This document shows positions 47,140 to 57,626 of a DNA stretch of 64,000 bases, one piece after another. The translations under genes and the position numbers were made by a program. The notes beneath the pieces were generated by a model. It was not told the DNA's origin. It did no database searches and saw only the letters and a program-made list of their open reading frames with translations. How positions within the stretch are numbered: position 1 is the stretch's first letter; each line of letters begins with the position of its first letter. The DNA comes from an uncultured Verrucomicrobiota bacterium (GTDB lineage: Bacteria > Verrucomicrobiota > Verrucomicrobiia > Limisphaerales > UBA9464): positions 17,415 through 81,414 of the forward strand of contig CAJAHH010000111.1 of the NCBI GenBank assembly GCA_903939515.1. The letters run 5' to 3'.

Positions 47140-49968
47140 TCACTGCGGCATTAACGCGATTTGAGTGTCGCTGAACCGTTGGAAATCCTCCTGCCAATCC
47201 GAAGGTTTCGTAGTCGGCGTCACTTGGACCGCTGTGACTTTATATTCCGGGCAATTGGTGGCCCAATCCGAGTTGTCGGTGGTCACCACATTGGCCCCCG
47301 AGTCCGGGTGGTGGAACGTGGTGTAAACGATACCCGGCTGCATCCGTTCGGTGATCTTGGCACGAAGGGCGGTTTCTCCGGCCCGACTCCGGATGGAGAC
47401 CCAGTCACCGTCCCGAATACCGCGATTCTCGGCGTCCTGCGGGTGCAATTCGAGCCGGTCGGCATCATGCCATGCACCGTTCTGAGTGCGCCGCGTCTGA
47501 GCACCGACGTTGTATTGGCTCAAGATGCGGCCAGTGGTGAGGATGAGCGGGAACTTGCGGGAAGTTCTTTCGGGCGTCGGGACATACTCCGTGACGACAA
47601 AGCGTCCCTTGCCTCGAACAAACGCGTCGACGTGCATGATGGGCGTGCCTTCCGGGGCCTTGGCATTGCACGGCCACTGGATGCTGCCGAGGCGTTCCAA
47701 CCGTTCGTAGCTCACGCCAGTGAAGGTGGGAGTCAGTGCAGCGATCTCGTCCATGATCTGGGACGGATGCTCATAATGCATGGGATAGCCCAGGGCTTTG
47801 GATAGCTCGACGGTGACCTGCCAATCGGCGTAACCGGCGAGCGGCGGCATTACCTTCCGCACGCGCGAGATGCGGCGTTCGGCATTCGTGAAGGTGCCGT
47901 CCTTCTCCAAGAATGAGGAACCCGGCAACAGCACATGGGCGAATTTGGCAGTTTCGTTCAGGAAGATGTCTTGAACGACCAGACATTCCATCGAACTCAG
48001 GGCCCGCGTGACGTGTTGGGTGTCCGGATCCGATTGGGCGATATCTTCGCCCTGCACATAAAGGCCCTTGAAGGATCCGTCGATGGCGGCATCGAACATG
48101 TTGGGAATGCGCAGCCCCGGTTCAGGGTCGATGGGCACGCCCCAGGAGGTGCTGAACAATTCGCGGACTGCGAGATCGGACACATGCCGATAGCCGGGCA
48201 ACTCGTGCGGGAATGAACCCATGTCACAACTGCCCTGCACGTTGTTCTGGCCGCGCAACGGATTCACACCCACGCCAGGACGACCGACATTGCCGGTGAG
48301 CATGGCGAGGTTGGCGATAGCCATGACCGTGGTGGAGCCTTGGCTGTGCTCGGTGACGCCCAGGCCGTAGTAAATGGCTGCATTGCCGCCGGTGGCATAC
48401 AGTCGAGCAGCTCCGCGCACCTGGTCGGCGGGCACGCCCGTGGCTTCTTGAAGGGCTTCTGGAGAGTTCTTGGGCTCCAGAATAAATCGTTTCCACTTTT
48501 CGAACTCGGGCAAGTCGCACCGTTCCCGGATGTAGTCTTCCCGTGCCAGGCCTTCCTCCACAATGACATGCGCCAGGGCGTTGAGGATGGCTGCGTTCGT
48601 TCCAGGACGGAGGGCCAGATGGAACTCGGCTTCGACATGCGGCTGGCGAACGAGGTCGATCCGGCGCGGATCGATGACGATTAAGCGAGCCCCTTCACGC
48701 AAACGCCGTTTCATGCGCGATGCGAACACGGGGTGGGCATCTGTCGGATTGGCACCGATGACCACTACCACATCGGCAGCATCGACAGAATCGAAGTTCT
48801 GAGTGCCGGCCGATTCACCGAGGGTCGCCTTCAGGCCGTAGCCCGTGGGCGAATGGCAAACGCGGGCGCAAGTATCGACGTTGTTGTTGCCGAAGGCCGC
48901 TCGGACGAGTTTCTGGACCAGATACGTCTCCTCATTCGAGCAGCGGGACGAAGTGATGCCACCAATCGAGCCACGACCGTATTTTTCTTGGATACGCCGG
49001 AATTCGCTGGCGGCATAGGTGAGCGCTTCCTCCCAAGACACCACACGCCACGGGTCAGTGATTTTGGCCCGAATCATCGGGTGCTTGAGGCGATCCGGAT
49101 GGGTGGCGTAACCCCAGGCAAAACGGCCTTTGACGCAGGAGTGCCCGTGGTTGGCCTGCCCATTCTTGTTAGGAACCATGCGCACCACCTGGCTGCCCTT
49201 CATTTCCGCGCGGAATGAGCAACCCACGCCACAGTAGGCGCACGTCGTCACCACCGAGTGATCGGGTTGCCCTAGATCCGTGATGGATTTTTCCATCAAA
49301 GTCGCCGTGGGACAGGCTTGGACACAGGCACCGCACGACACGCATTCCGAATCCAGAAAATCGGTGGGACCCGGAGCGATCTTGGACTGGAAACCCCGTC
49401 CATCGACCGTAAGGGCGAAGGTGCCTTGAACCTCTTCACACGCACGCACGCAGCGGGAACAAACGATGCACTTGGTCGGATCGAAACTGAAATAGGGGTT
49501 TGACGTGTCCTTGGTAGCAACGAGGTGGTTCTCGCCTTCGGTGCCATAGCGCACTTCGCGCAAACCGACGACACCCGCCATGTCCTGAAGCTCGCAGTTC
49601 CCGTTGGCGGGACAGGTGAGGCAATCGAGCGGATGGTCGCTGATGTACAGCTCCATCGTGTTGCGACGCAGTTTGGCGAGTTTATCGGACTGCGTGGTCA
49701 CTTTCATGCCCGCCTCCGCCGGCGTAGTGCACGAAGCGGGAAATCCGCGGCGGCCCTCAATTTCGACGAGGCAAAGCCGGCAGGAACCGAACGCTTCGAG
49801 GTGATCGGTGGCGCACAGTTTTGGGACGCGCACTCCGGCATCAAAGGCGGCACGCATCACCGAGGTGCCAGCAGGGACCGTCACTTCCACCCCGTCAATT
49901 TGAAGAGAGACGAGTTTGTCGGACACCCGGACGGGTGTGCCTGCGTCCGGTTCTTTGTTCGAATACAT
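47140..49968 (-). CDS. fdsA: NAD-dependent formate dehydrogenase alpha subunit (molybdopterin, Cys type)
   Basis: 942 aa with an N-terminal 2Fe-2S/4Fe-4S modules (GSCRLCLVEIEG, CIVCSRCVRAC, CVSCGACVQAC). The MopB domain carries the active-site region VDTCARVCHSPT. No in-frame TGA. Confidence 0.9.
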   Translation of the reverse strand: MYSNKEPDAGTPVRVSDKLVSLQIDGVEVTVPAGTSVMRAAFDAGVRVPKLCATDHLEAFGSCRLCLVEIEGRRGFPASCTTPAEAGMKVTTQSDKLAKLRRNTMELYISDHPLDCLTCPANGNCELQDMAGVVGLREVRYGTEGENHLVATKDTSNPYFSFDPTKCIVCSRCVRACEEVQGTFALTVDGRGFQSKIAPGPTDFLDSECVSCGACVQACPTATLMEKSITDLGQPDHSVVTTCAYCGVGCSFRAEMKGSQVVRMVPNKNGQANHGHSCVKGRFAWGYATHPDRLKHPMIRAKITDPWRVVSWEEALTYAASEFRRIQEKYGRGSIGGITSSRCSNEETYLVQKLVRAAFGNNNVDTCARVCHSPTGYGLKATLGESAGTQNFDSVDAADVVVVIGANPTDAHPVFASRMKRRLREGARLIVIDPRRIDLVRQPHVEAEFHLALRPGTNAAILNALAHVIVEEGLAREDYIRERCDLPEFEKWKRFILEPKNSPEALQEATGVPADQVRGAARLYATGGNAAIYYGLGVTEHSQGSTTVMAIANLAMLTGNVGRPGVGVNPLRGQNNVQGSCDMGSFPHELPGYRHVSDLAVRELFSTSWGVPIDPEPGLRIPNMFDAAIDGSFKGLYVQGEDIAQSDPDTQHVTRALSSMECLVVQDIFLNETAKFAHVLLPGSSFLEKDGTFTNAERRISRVRKVMPPLAGYADWQVTVELSKALGYPMHYEHPSQIMDEIAALTPTFTGVSYERLERLGSIQWPCNAKAPEGTPIMHVDAFVRGKGRFVVTEYVPTPERTSRKFPLILTTGRILSQYNVGAQTRRTQNGAWHDADRLELHPQDAENRGIRDGDWVSIRSRAGETALRAKITERMQPGIVYTTFHHPDSGANVVTTDNSDWATNCPEYKVTAVQVTPTTKPSDWQEDFQRFSDTQIALMPQ

Positions 49969-49985
49969 GGGAGCAGGTTCTCTGG

Positions 49986-51569
49986 TTAATGACGGCGAAT
50001 AGTTCTGGAAGCGCGTCCACCCGGCGCAAGGGCCGGTGCGCGATGAAAGTCCTCAGGAAAATGAGTCAGAGCACTGAGCACTGGCGAGGGCGTTAGGCCG
50101 CCCATGGCGCAGAGAGATGCGTTGGACAAGGTGTCACACAGGTCCCGCAAGAGGGTGAGGTTTTCGGTTCGCTGTTTCCCTTGAATCACGCGGTCAATGA
50201 CTTCGACACCGCGAGTGCTTCCAATGCGGCACGGGGTGCATTTTCCGCAGGATTCAATGGCGCAGAACTCCATGGCATAACGAGCCATTTTGGCCATGTC
50301 GACCGTGTCGTCGAAGACAACGATGCCGCCGTGGCCGACCATAGCCTCAGCCGCGGCAAAGGATTCGTAATCGAGCGTGGTGTCGAACTTCGACTCAGGC
50401 AGATAAGCTCCCAAAGGCCCACCCACCTGAACCGCACGGATGGGCCGACCGGAGGCCGAACCTCCGCCGAACTCATAAAGCATCTCGCGCAACGTGACGC
50501 CGAAGGCCTTCTCGACCAATCCGCCCCGCTTGATGTTGCCTGCCAGTTGGAACGGGAGCGTGCCCCGGGATTTACCGGCACCGAAGCCGGCGTAAAACGC
50601 GCCGCCTTTGTCCAGAATCAACGGCACGGCAGCCAAGGTCATGACGTTATGGATGAGGGTAGGCCGTCCCCACAGCCCGGACAGCGCCGGAATTGGCGGC
50701 TTCGGGCGCACCATGCCGCGTTTGCCCTCAAGGCTCTCCAGCATGGCGGTTTCCTCACCGCAAATGTAGGCACCCGCCCCGCGGCGGACGTGCAGTTGGA
50801 ATCGCTTGCCGGTGCCCAGAAGGTTCGATCCCAGATATCCGGCCTCGTGGGCGTTCTGGATGGCGGCGAGCAAAATGCTCAAGGCGTGCGGATACTCGGA
50901 GCGCAGATAGATGTAGCCTTCGGTGGCTCCGACAGCCAGGCCGGCAATGACCATGCCTTCGATGAGCACGAAGGGGTCTCCCTCAAGGATCATCCGATCC
51001 GAGAAGGTGCCCGAATCGCCTTCGTCGGCGTTGCACACGATGTACTTCTGCTCGGCGCGGGCATTGAGAACGGTCTTCCACTTGATGCCGGCCGGAAACG
51101 CCGCGCCGCCGCGCCCGCGCAGGCCAGACTGGGAAATCTCTTCGACGAGATCTCCGGGTTCAGCCTGAAGTGCCGCACGCAACCCACGTCCCCCGCCGTG
51201 GGCTTCGTAGTCGGAGATGCTGAGAGGATCGATGATGCCAACGCGGCTAAAGGTGAGCCGCTCCTGTCCGGCGAGATAGGGAATGGATTCGGGGGCACCG
51301 AGTCGCAAACGATGAGAGCCCCCCTGAAGGAACTGGGCATCGAACAGAGACGGGACATCGTGCGCTTCGACCGGTCCGTAGCCGATGCGCCCCTCGGTGG
51401 TGACGACTTCAACGAAGGGTTCGAGCCAAAACAGGCCGCGCGAGCCATTGCGAATCAGGCGGATGGAAATGCCGCGTTCGGCGGCGATCCTGGAGATGGC
51501 CTGCGCCGTGGCGTTGGCACCGAGGCCAATCGCGGCCGAATCGTTGGGGACGTAGACGGTGACACTCAT
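49986..51569 (-). CDS. fdsB: Formate dehydrogenase beta subunit (NuoF-like, NAD/FMN/4Fe-4S)
   Basis: 527 aa with GRGGAAFPAG, NADEGDSGTF and ESCGKCTPCR. Confidence 0.9.
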   Translation of the reverse strand: MSVTVYVPNDSAAIGLGANATAQAISRIAAERGISIRLIRNGSRGLFWLEPFVEVVTTEGRIGYGPVEAHDVPSLFDAQFLQGGSHRLRLGAPESIPYLAGQERLTFSRVGIIDPLSISDYEAHGGGRGLRAALQAEPGDLVEEISQSGLRGRGGAAFPAGIKWKTVLNARAEQKYIVCNADEGDSGTFSDRMILEGDPFVLIEGMVIAGLAVGATEGYIYLRSEYPHALSILLAAIQNAHEAGYLGSNLLGTGKRFQLHVRRGAGAYICGEETAMLESLEGKRGMVRPKPPIPALSGLWGRPTLIHNVMTLAAVPLILDKGGAFYAGFGAGKSRGTLPFQLAGNIKRGGLVEKAFGVTLREMLYEFGGGSASGRPIRAVQVGGPLGAYLPESKFDTTLDYESFAAAEAMVGHGGIVVFDDTVDMAKMARYAMEFCAIESCGKCTPCRIGSTRGVEVIDRVIQGKQRTENLTLLRDLCDTLSNASLCAMGGLTPSPVLSALTHFPEDFHRAPALAPGGRASRTIRRH

Positions 51570-52090
51570 GGATTTCCTCCAGCGGTCGTTCGTAACTCCT
51601 GGATCCAGCGATCCAGCTTTTCTGAGGTCACACGCCCTCGAACTTCACCATCGACCAGCACAGAAGGAGCACAGGCGCAATTTCCCAGACAATAGACGGG
51701 TTCCAACGTGACGGCGCCATCGGTGGACGTTTCATGGAAAGTCAGGCCGTGCCGTTTTTGAAGGTGGGTTTCCAGGGCGTCACAACCCATGGCTTGGCAG
51801 GCCTCAGCCCGACAGAGGCGCAAGATGTGGCGACCGGGCGGCACGGTGCGGAAGTCGTGATAGAAACTCAGCACGCCATGAACCTCTGCCTGCGACAGGT
51901 TTAGGGCATCGGCGAGCCGGGGCACCGCGGTGCTGGGAACATAACCCAGGAGGTCCTGGATCCCGTGCAGCATCGGGAGCAAGGCTCCAGCCACGGAGCG
52001 ATTGGCAGCGATCACCGAGTCAATCGTTGCCAATAGGTCCTGAGTCCCGAGCACTGTCGGCGATGTGTTGGCTGGATGCCGTGATTCCAT
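51566..52090 (-). CDS. fdsG: Formate dehydrogenase gamma subunit (NuoE-like 2Fe-2S)
   Basis: 174 aa with LCRAEACQAMG...YCLGNCACAP. The stop overlaps the fdsB start. Confidence 0.85.
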   Translation of the reverse strand: MESRHPANTSPTVLGTQDLLATIDSVIAANRSVAGALLPMLHGIQDLLGYVPSTAVPRLADALNLSQAEVHGVLSFYHDFRTVPPGRHILRLCRAEACQAMGCDALETHLQKRHGLTFHETSTDGAVTLEPVYCLGNCACAPSVLVDGEVRGRVTSEKLDRWIQELRTTAGGNP

Positions 52091-52440
52091 CTGGTGGGGT
52101 TCTGTTTGCGAATAGTCGCCGTACAGGGCCTTAGGTTCAAGGTCTGAGGTTTAAGCCAACTCTCTCAAACAAACCCTCGTCCATCCGGATAAACTGCGTT
52201 CGTCGTTTCCTCATCACTCTTGGGAATTTGCCGACACGCGTCGCCCGGAAACGACAGAGGCGACGGCGCGCTGAATCCAAGATCGGCCTCTTATACCGAC
52301 AAGAGGCCCCGCTTTCAGCACACCGTCGCCCTCGAGCTTTGGTAAACCCCATCCAGGGACCCAGATCCACTGATCATCCGGGGCACTATTCAAAGCCTCA
52401 GATTGAAGCCTGAATTGCCCCGGCACTTATACCACCCCAT

Positions 52441-52710
52441 TCAGCCCATAACCAACCGACGCATCTGCCGGACGGATGAGATCAACCCAATCAACTCATC
52501 TTTGAGCTGCAAGCGACTGTGCTTCAACTGCTGTGTCCGCGCGTCCGAAGCCGGCTCCAACTCGGTTTCAATCCGAACAATTTCATTGTCCACTGTTTGG
52601 TATCGGTCCAGCAGGTGCTTGAAGTGGGCGTTGCTCAATTTCAGCGCATGAATGGTTTCCTTGAACTGGGGGAAATCGAGGACGAGGGAGTGGTTCAGGA
52701 CGGAGTGCAT
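52441..52710 (-). CDS. YdcH/DUF465 family protein
   Basis: 89 aa. HFKHLLDRYQTVDNEIVRIE...LKHSRLQLKDEL is the typical DUF465 coiled-coil pattern. Confidence 0.8.
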   Translation of the reverse strand: MHSVLNHSLVLDFPQFKETIHALKLSNAHFKHLLDRYQTVDNEIVRIETELEPASDARTQQLKHSRLQLKDELIGLISSVRQMRRLVMG

Positions 52711-52908
52711 AATAATGGGTCGGTGTTTTGCGCCCGGTCTGGAACTTTTTTGGAACCAGCGATCATTGCCACTGGAAGATCTGCCGACGGGGTTCGCTGG
52801 ACATAAACTCCCTGAACTCGATTTTTAGGGCTCGCCCCCCTTTGTCGGGAGGCGGACAAACCTTGTCCAGCCCACCGACCCATTTCATCGACGCCCTGCG
52901 CTGACGAC

Positions 52909-54264
52909 TCACTTGCCGAGGCAAAACTGGCTGAAGATGGAGTCCAGCAAATCGTCGACGGAGGTCTTGCCGACCACCTCTCCTAAGGCCGTTAGGGCCA
53001 CCCTCAGTTCAAAGGCCACCAACTCCAGGGTTTGCTGGCTCTCCAGCCCCGAACACGTCTGGAGGACCGCCTCCCGAGCCCGCTCCAGCACGCGCTGATG
53101 GCGGACTCCAATGGCCACTCCATCGTCTCCGCTACCGCCGATACTCTTGGAGATCAATTGTTCTTCGATGGCCCGCTCCAGGTCGTCCAAGCCGACTCCG
53201 GTCCGGCAACTCACCGGGACCGAGCCCGGGTGAACCTGCGCCCCAGGCAGGTCGCATTTGTTGGAAACGCAAATGCGGCCTTTGCCCGCCCACGCCGCCA
53301 CCAGTGCGTCCTCCTCGATGGACCACGGCACCGACGCGTCGACGATGTGCAAGATCAACTCCGCCTCCGCGGCCGCCTCGCGACTTCGCCGGATCCCCTC
53401 CCGTTCCACCGCATCCTCCGATTCCCGAAGGCCAGCGGTATCCACCAGGACCAGCGGAATGCCCCGAACCTGAGCCACTTCTTCCAAAGTGTCCCGGGTT
53501 GTTCCAGCCACCGGAGAAACGATCGCTCGCTCGTGTCCCAACAGGCGATTGAGCAACGACGATTTGCCCGCATTGGGTCGCCCTACCAAGGCCGTGCGAA
53601 CCCCCTGCCGCAAGAAACGTCCCTCGCGCGCCGTGCGCAACAACGCGTCGATTCCATCCAGTGCCGATCGGAGCTTCGCCGTCAGTACAGCGGTCGTGTC
53701 CGGGGAGATGTCTTCATCCGGAAAATCGATATGGGCCTCGATATGCGCGAGGACGCCCATGAGGGAATCGCGCAAAACTTCGATGCGGCGCGACAACGCT
53801 CCGGCCAATTGCGCACGGGCGGTGCCCAGGGCGCGGTCGGTCTGGGCGTGGATTAGGTCGGCGACCGCCTCGGCCTGAGCGAGATCCATGCGTCCATTGA
53901 GGAAGGCCCTGGCGGTAAACTCCCCCGGCTCGGCCGGGCGAGCACCTGCGGCCAACACGGTCTCCAAGACACGACGAGTCAGAAGGATTCCGCCATGGCA
54001 GGCGACCTCCACCGTGTCCTCGCCCGTGAAAGACTTGGCACCCCGAAAGACCGTGAGCACGGCTTCATCTACTCGTATTCCCTGGCGGTGGACTTCACCG
54101 AGAATGGCCATCCGCGGCGTGAACGAGGAGGGCAATCGACCGCTGGCGGACCTCAGACATCGGTCGGCCACGCTCAAAGCCTCCCTGCCCGAGAGGCGCA
54201 GGACGGCCAGTCCTCCGGTCCCTGGAGGGGTCGCCACGGCTGCGATGGTGTCGGAAGGATTCAC
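52909..54264 (-). CDS. mnmE: tRNA modification GTPase MnmE
   Basis: 451 aa with DTIAAVATPPGTGGLAVLRLSG, G-domain GRPNAGKSSLLN / DTAG, and C-terminal FCLGK. Confidence 0.95.
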   Translation of the reverse strand: MNPSDTIAAVATPPGTGGLAVLRLSGREALSVADRCLRSASGRLPSSFTPRMAILGEVHRQGIRVDEAVLTVFRGAKSFTGEDTVEVACHGGILLTRRVLETVLAAGARPAEPGEFTARAFLNGRMDLAQAEAVADLIHAQTDRALGTARAQLAGALSRRIEVLRDSLMGVLAHIEAHIDFPDEDISPDTTAVLTAKLRSALDGIDALLRTAREGRFLRQGVRTALVGRPNAGKSSLLNRLLGHERAIVSPVAGTTRDTLEEVAQVRGIPLVLVDTAGLRESEDAVEREGIRRSREAAAEAELILHIVDASVPWSIEEDALVAAWAGKGRICVSNKCDLPGAQVHPGSVPVSCRTGVGLDDLERAIEEQLISKSIGGSGDDGVAIGVRHQRVLERAREAVLQTCSGLESQQTLELVAFELRVALTALGEVVGKTSVDDLLDSIFSQFCLGK

Positions 54265-54279
54265 AAAAACAGCTCAACC

Positions 54280-54531
54280 TCAGACGTGACCGCAATTGCC
54301 TTGAGCATTCTCCGCATCGCGCCCCTGGAGCCAGAAGCGGGCCTTCTCATAGCTGCGCTTGTGGAGGTAATGCAGCAAGTCGGGCGAGGTTCCCGGAGGC
54401 AACGCGTGGGTGAGTTCACTCAAACGCTTCACGATGGGCAGCACACTTTCCGGTTGGCCCGTCGTTCCCGCGGTAGCCACATTCTCCAAGCGAACCAACG
54501 CCTCCAAGATCTCCGATTCCAATGCCGTCAT
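54280..54531 (-). CDS. Small hypothetical protein upstream of mnmE
   Basis: 84 aa from MTALESEILEAL..., ending 15 nt before the mnmE start. No family recognised. The track ORF begins further upstream (54684). Confidence 0.35.
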   Translation of the reverse strand: MTALESEILEALVRLENVATAGTTGQPESVLPIVKRLSELTHALPPGTSPDLLHYLHKRSYEKARFWLQGRDAENAQGNCGHV

Positions 54532-54690
54532 GTGCCGCACAATGTGCTGCCAACGACTCCCCGGGGTCAAATCACGACCGTCATGGATTATCCCCCGCCC
54601 AAGAAGCACCTGAATCGAGGGTATTGGAATTGCCCAGCGATGGCATTGCCGGGGGATTGTTTCAAAGCGGCCGCCGCCAACCAATGAAGG

Positions 54691-56412
54691 TCAGTCCGGA
54701 GAACTCACAGGGCTGAGGATCGCCTGATACACCGTCAGACCATCGGCACCGGGTTCGTCGGCCTTGGGCACCGGGAACCACGTCATACCCGCAAAAGGAC
54801 TCCGGCGCTCGACGGTCGTCCAGCTCCTCAGATCGTGGGAGATCCGAAGGACCGCTTTGGTCTCCAGACTCCAGGGACCGCTGACTCGGACACGGTCGCC
54901 CGAGGCGCGCTGCACCCACTCGATGAGCACCGGCGGAGGCGTGTCTCGAACACTCAAGCAAACTTCGTCCTCGGAAGGCACCACCTGCCAGTGCAACCCA
55001 GCCTCGAGCGGAGGCAGAACAAGCCGTTCAAACCAACCGTTGAGGCTATCAGCTTTAACCAGCCTCAATACCGCCCCGCGGGAAAGCCGGGCACCGTCTG
55101 CCAAGACGACTTCCAGGGTGCCGCGCAAGTTCAATGGGCCTGTCACCTGCAAAGCCGTCTCGGCCGCGACGGTGGTTTCGCGAACCCGTACTTGAAGGGT
55201 CCCTTGAGAGGTCTGGGTCCATTCTCCGCGAACTCGCCCCGGCTGCTCTTGATCAACCACCGCCAGAGCACCATTGGTGAGGTGGCCCGATAAAATACCC
55301 GCCGCGATCAAGGTTCCGCCCTCGAGACTCAGCCCCTGGGACAATACCAATTCGCCGCCTTCGACCTGGAGTATACCTGCCGTCTGGACCAACGGCGCAG
55401 AGACTTGGAGCCGCCCACCAAATGGCAGGCGGATCTTGCCCCGATTGGTGAGTGCTTCCCCCGAAGTGGCCCATCGGGCGGACCCTTGGACGTCGAGCAA
55501 CCCCTCTACGGCCAAGGGTCCGCGAATCTCAGAGAGGCCCGCTCCGGGCTTCACCCGCAAAATACCCCGCGGCGCGAGCGTTATTCCCGATTCGGGCAAT
55601 TGCAGCAAAGCTCCAGGGTTTCCGAAGGCGGCAACCAACTCGATCAACCCCTCAATCGGGGTCACCGTGTTGAGAAGCAAGCTGCTGGGACCAAAGGTAT
55701 CGTCTGAGGCCACGACGATGGACAAGTCGCCCGGAAAACGCCCCTCAAGAGACGATCCTTGGGCCGCAAACCGGAGAGCTAGTTCCTGGGTGGTCTCGGA
55801 AGCCACCTCCGCCGAGGCTGCGATCAACAGGGGGCGGGCAAACACGTGGCCGCCCTCGTAAATGAAACGGCTTTGGTTATAGAATTCAAACCGGCTCGAG
55901 GGTCCGGCCACACGAATATCCCCGGAAACCTGGCGGAAACGAGCCCCCTTGCCGGTGATCGCCAGCCCCATGTAATTAGCGGCCTCGATGACACCCCGGT
56001 TGACCCACTCGGCCCCATCCCGGCCAAAGAGGAGCACTGACTTGAGGGAAACCAACCCTTCGTTCACCAGATCGCCGTTGATGAACCGGGAACCACCCGG
56101 GCCGTATTGCACGAGAATCTCTCCGGTGGTGCCCACGTCAATTCGCCCTGAACTCAAATGGATCCCCACAGACTGAGGCTCGTCCGGGGCTTCGATCCGA
56201 AGCCGGCCATCAACGCGAAAACCGGCCGTGGGTTGATTTCCGTCATAGCCCTGAACCCAACGAAGTCCCCCTTCAGGAATGTCATCGATCGCGTGAACCC
56301 TTCCACACACGCCACCAAAGATCAGCGCGCACAGGATTAGAATAGACCGCGTGTGGTCATAAGCCCTACCCAGATGAAAAACTCGACCCATAGCAGGAAA
56401 ACGGGGGTTCAT
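54691..56412 (-). CDS. Secreted beta-helix-like repeat protein (autotransporter-associated beta-strand-repeat-like)
   Basis: Start chosen at MNPRFPAMGRV... with a signal peptide. Gly/Leu/Val-rich short repeats follow (GGELVLSQGLSLEGGTLIAAGILSG). The family assignment is tentative. Confidence 0.5.
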   Translation of the reverse strand: MNPRFPAMGRVFHLGRAYDHTRSILILCALIFGGVCGRVHAIDDIPEGGLRWVQGYDGNQPTAGFRVDGRLRIEAPDEPQSVGIHLSSGRIDVGTTGEILVQYGPGGSRFINGDLVNEGLVSLKSVLLFGRDGAEWVNRGVIEAANYMGLAITGKGARFRQVSGDIRVAGPSSRFEFYNQSRFIYEGGHVFARPLLIAASAEVASETTQELALRFAAQGSSLEGRFPGDLSIVVASDDTFGPSSLLLNTVTPIEGLIELVAAFGNPGALLQLPESGITLAPRGILRVKPGAGLSEIRGPLAVEGLLDVQGSARWATSGEALTNRGKIRLPFGGRLQVSAPLVQTAGILQVEGGELVLSQGLSLEGGTLIAAGILSGHLTNGALAVVDQEQPGRVRGEWTQTSQGTLQVRVRETTVAAETALQVTGPLNLRGTLEVVLADGARLSRGAVLRLVKADSLNGWFERLVLPPLEAGLHWQVVPSEDEVCLSVRDTPPPVLIEWVQRASGDRVRVSGPWSLETKAVLRISHDLRSWTTVERRSPFAGMTWFPVPKADEPGADGLTVYQAILSPVSSPD

Positions 56413-56663
56413 TGACGGTGACAATTGTAAAATCCAAGCCGATCTATTGATCAAAAAGATGCCTTGGGTCAGTCATTACACCCATCCAAATCCAAGTCTT
56501 CGATATAAATATATTTTTGACAGTTATTACCCCGCCTTGCTGGAGCGTGCGCCTTTTTGAAAGCCCGATGGCTCTAAAAACCCGGACTCGAACCGCTTTT
56601 TCTGACCGAAGCCCTCCCCTCCCTTTTCGGAAGAAACTCGCTTCCACTGAAGTCCCGCAGGGA

Positions 56664-57626
56664 TTAGTAACGCTCGCGGTTGGGATTCCAGATCACATCG
56701 CTGAGGAATTTCTCCTCGCGACCGGGGGTCGGGCTTAGCAGATAACTGCGACGGAAGAACTGGGCATGACCGTCCAAGAACGCAAGATTGGCCCCTCCTC
56801 GAGTCCCCAAACCGTGACGCAATGACAAACGCTCACTGCGGGCCGCCGGAAACACCCCATTCCGCGTCGGATCCGGAGTGCACGGCTCCAGCGTGGGACT
56901 GAAAGCCTGGTCGAGCAACGACACGGTCGCCGAGGGAGCAGCCACGGCACTCATCGGCGGCATCATCGGGTACTCGTAGCTGTTGCCTTGAACCCCGTTA
57001 CGAATGGAAGACTGCAATTTGAGGTCGAGGTTCATTCCATAGCTAAAGACGCCAAAGGCTCCTCCCTTCATGAAAGCATCTCCGCCGGCGGCCCTCGCTC
57101 CGGCACAATGGAAAATCGCTCCCTGTTTGCCAGGAAAAGGCCACAACTCCTTCGGATCAGTCGTGGTCGAGTTGGTTGCATACCCCGCGAATGTGCGCTG
57201 TCCCAGGTAGGGCGGTAAGGCATTAAACCAAGCCAGAGGATCTCTCGGGCTGCCGGGGCCTTCCACGGCACCGGTATCGACACCGTACTGCCCACCGCCG
57301 TCGGTTCCATCACGCGGAATGGCATCTCGCGAATCCGTGGCATACAACTGGATACCCAACCCCCATTGACGCAAATGGTTGAGGCATTGAACCGAAACAG
57401 CTTTGGATCGAGCCGATGCCAAACCGGGTAAAAGCAAACCCGCCAAAATTGCTATAATGGCAATGACGACCAGGAGTTCAACCAAAGTGAAGGCATGTAT
57501 TGACACTCCGCGCGTCGATCGCAGACAGGATTGCCCAAGACATCTCCGAGATTTGTCTCGTGTCCGACTGCAATGACTCTGAACAGGGTCCATAGACTGT
57601 GGTTCGACTGTTTTCAATCGTTTCAA
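56664..57626 (-). CDS. Prepilin-type N-terminal cleavage/methylation domain protein (DUF1559-like pseudopilin)
   Basis: [24 protein letters not shown] pilin-like N-terminus and C-terminal [15 protein letters not shown] box. The leader from M1 is unusually long (46 aa). A GTG at 57506 would give a short leader, [12 protein letters not shown]. Confidence 0.75.
   Translation of the reverse strand: MKRLKTVEPQSMDPVQSHCSRTRDKSRRCLGQSCLRSTRGVSIHAFTLVELLVVIAIIAILAGLLLPGLASARSKAVSVQCLNHLRQWGLGIQLYATDSRDAIPRDGTDGGGQYGVDTGAVEGPGSPRDPLAWFNALPPYLGQRTFAGYATNSTTTDPKELWPFPGKQGAIFHCAGARAAGGDAFMKGGAFGVFSYGMNLDLKLQSSIRNGVQGNSYEYPMMPPMSAVAAPSATVSLLDQAFSPTLEPCTPDPTRNGVFPAARSERLSLRHGLGTRGGANLAFLDGHAQFFRRSYLLSPTPGREEKFLSDVIWNPNRERY

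Noticed and set aside
47140-49968. Selenocysteine recoding in the formate dehydrogenase alpha subunit
   Set aside because: The ORF is uninterrupted, and the active-site position reads Cys (VDTCARVCHSPT). There is no in-frame TGA or SECIS-like need.
50181-51695. 504-aa plus-strand ORF
   Set aside because: It is antisense to fdsB/fdsG, whose products carry clear NuoF/NuoE motifs. It is a shadow ORF.
52740-52756. Sigma-54-like TGGAAC-N5-TGGAAC on the plus strand
   Set aside because: It deviates from the TGGCAC-N5-TTGC consensus, and no plus-strand gene follows it; mnmE and the DUF465 gene are both on the minus strand.
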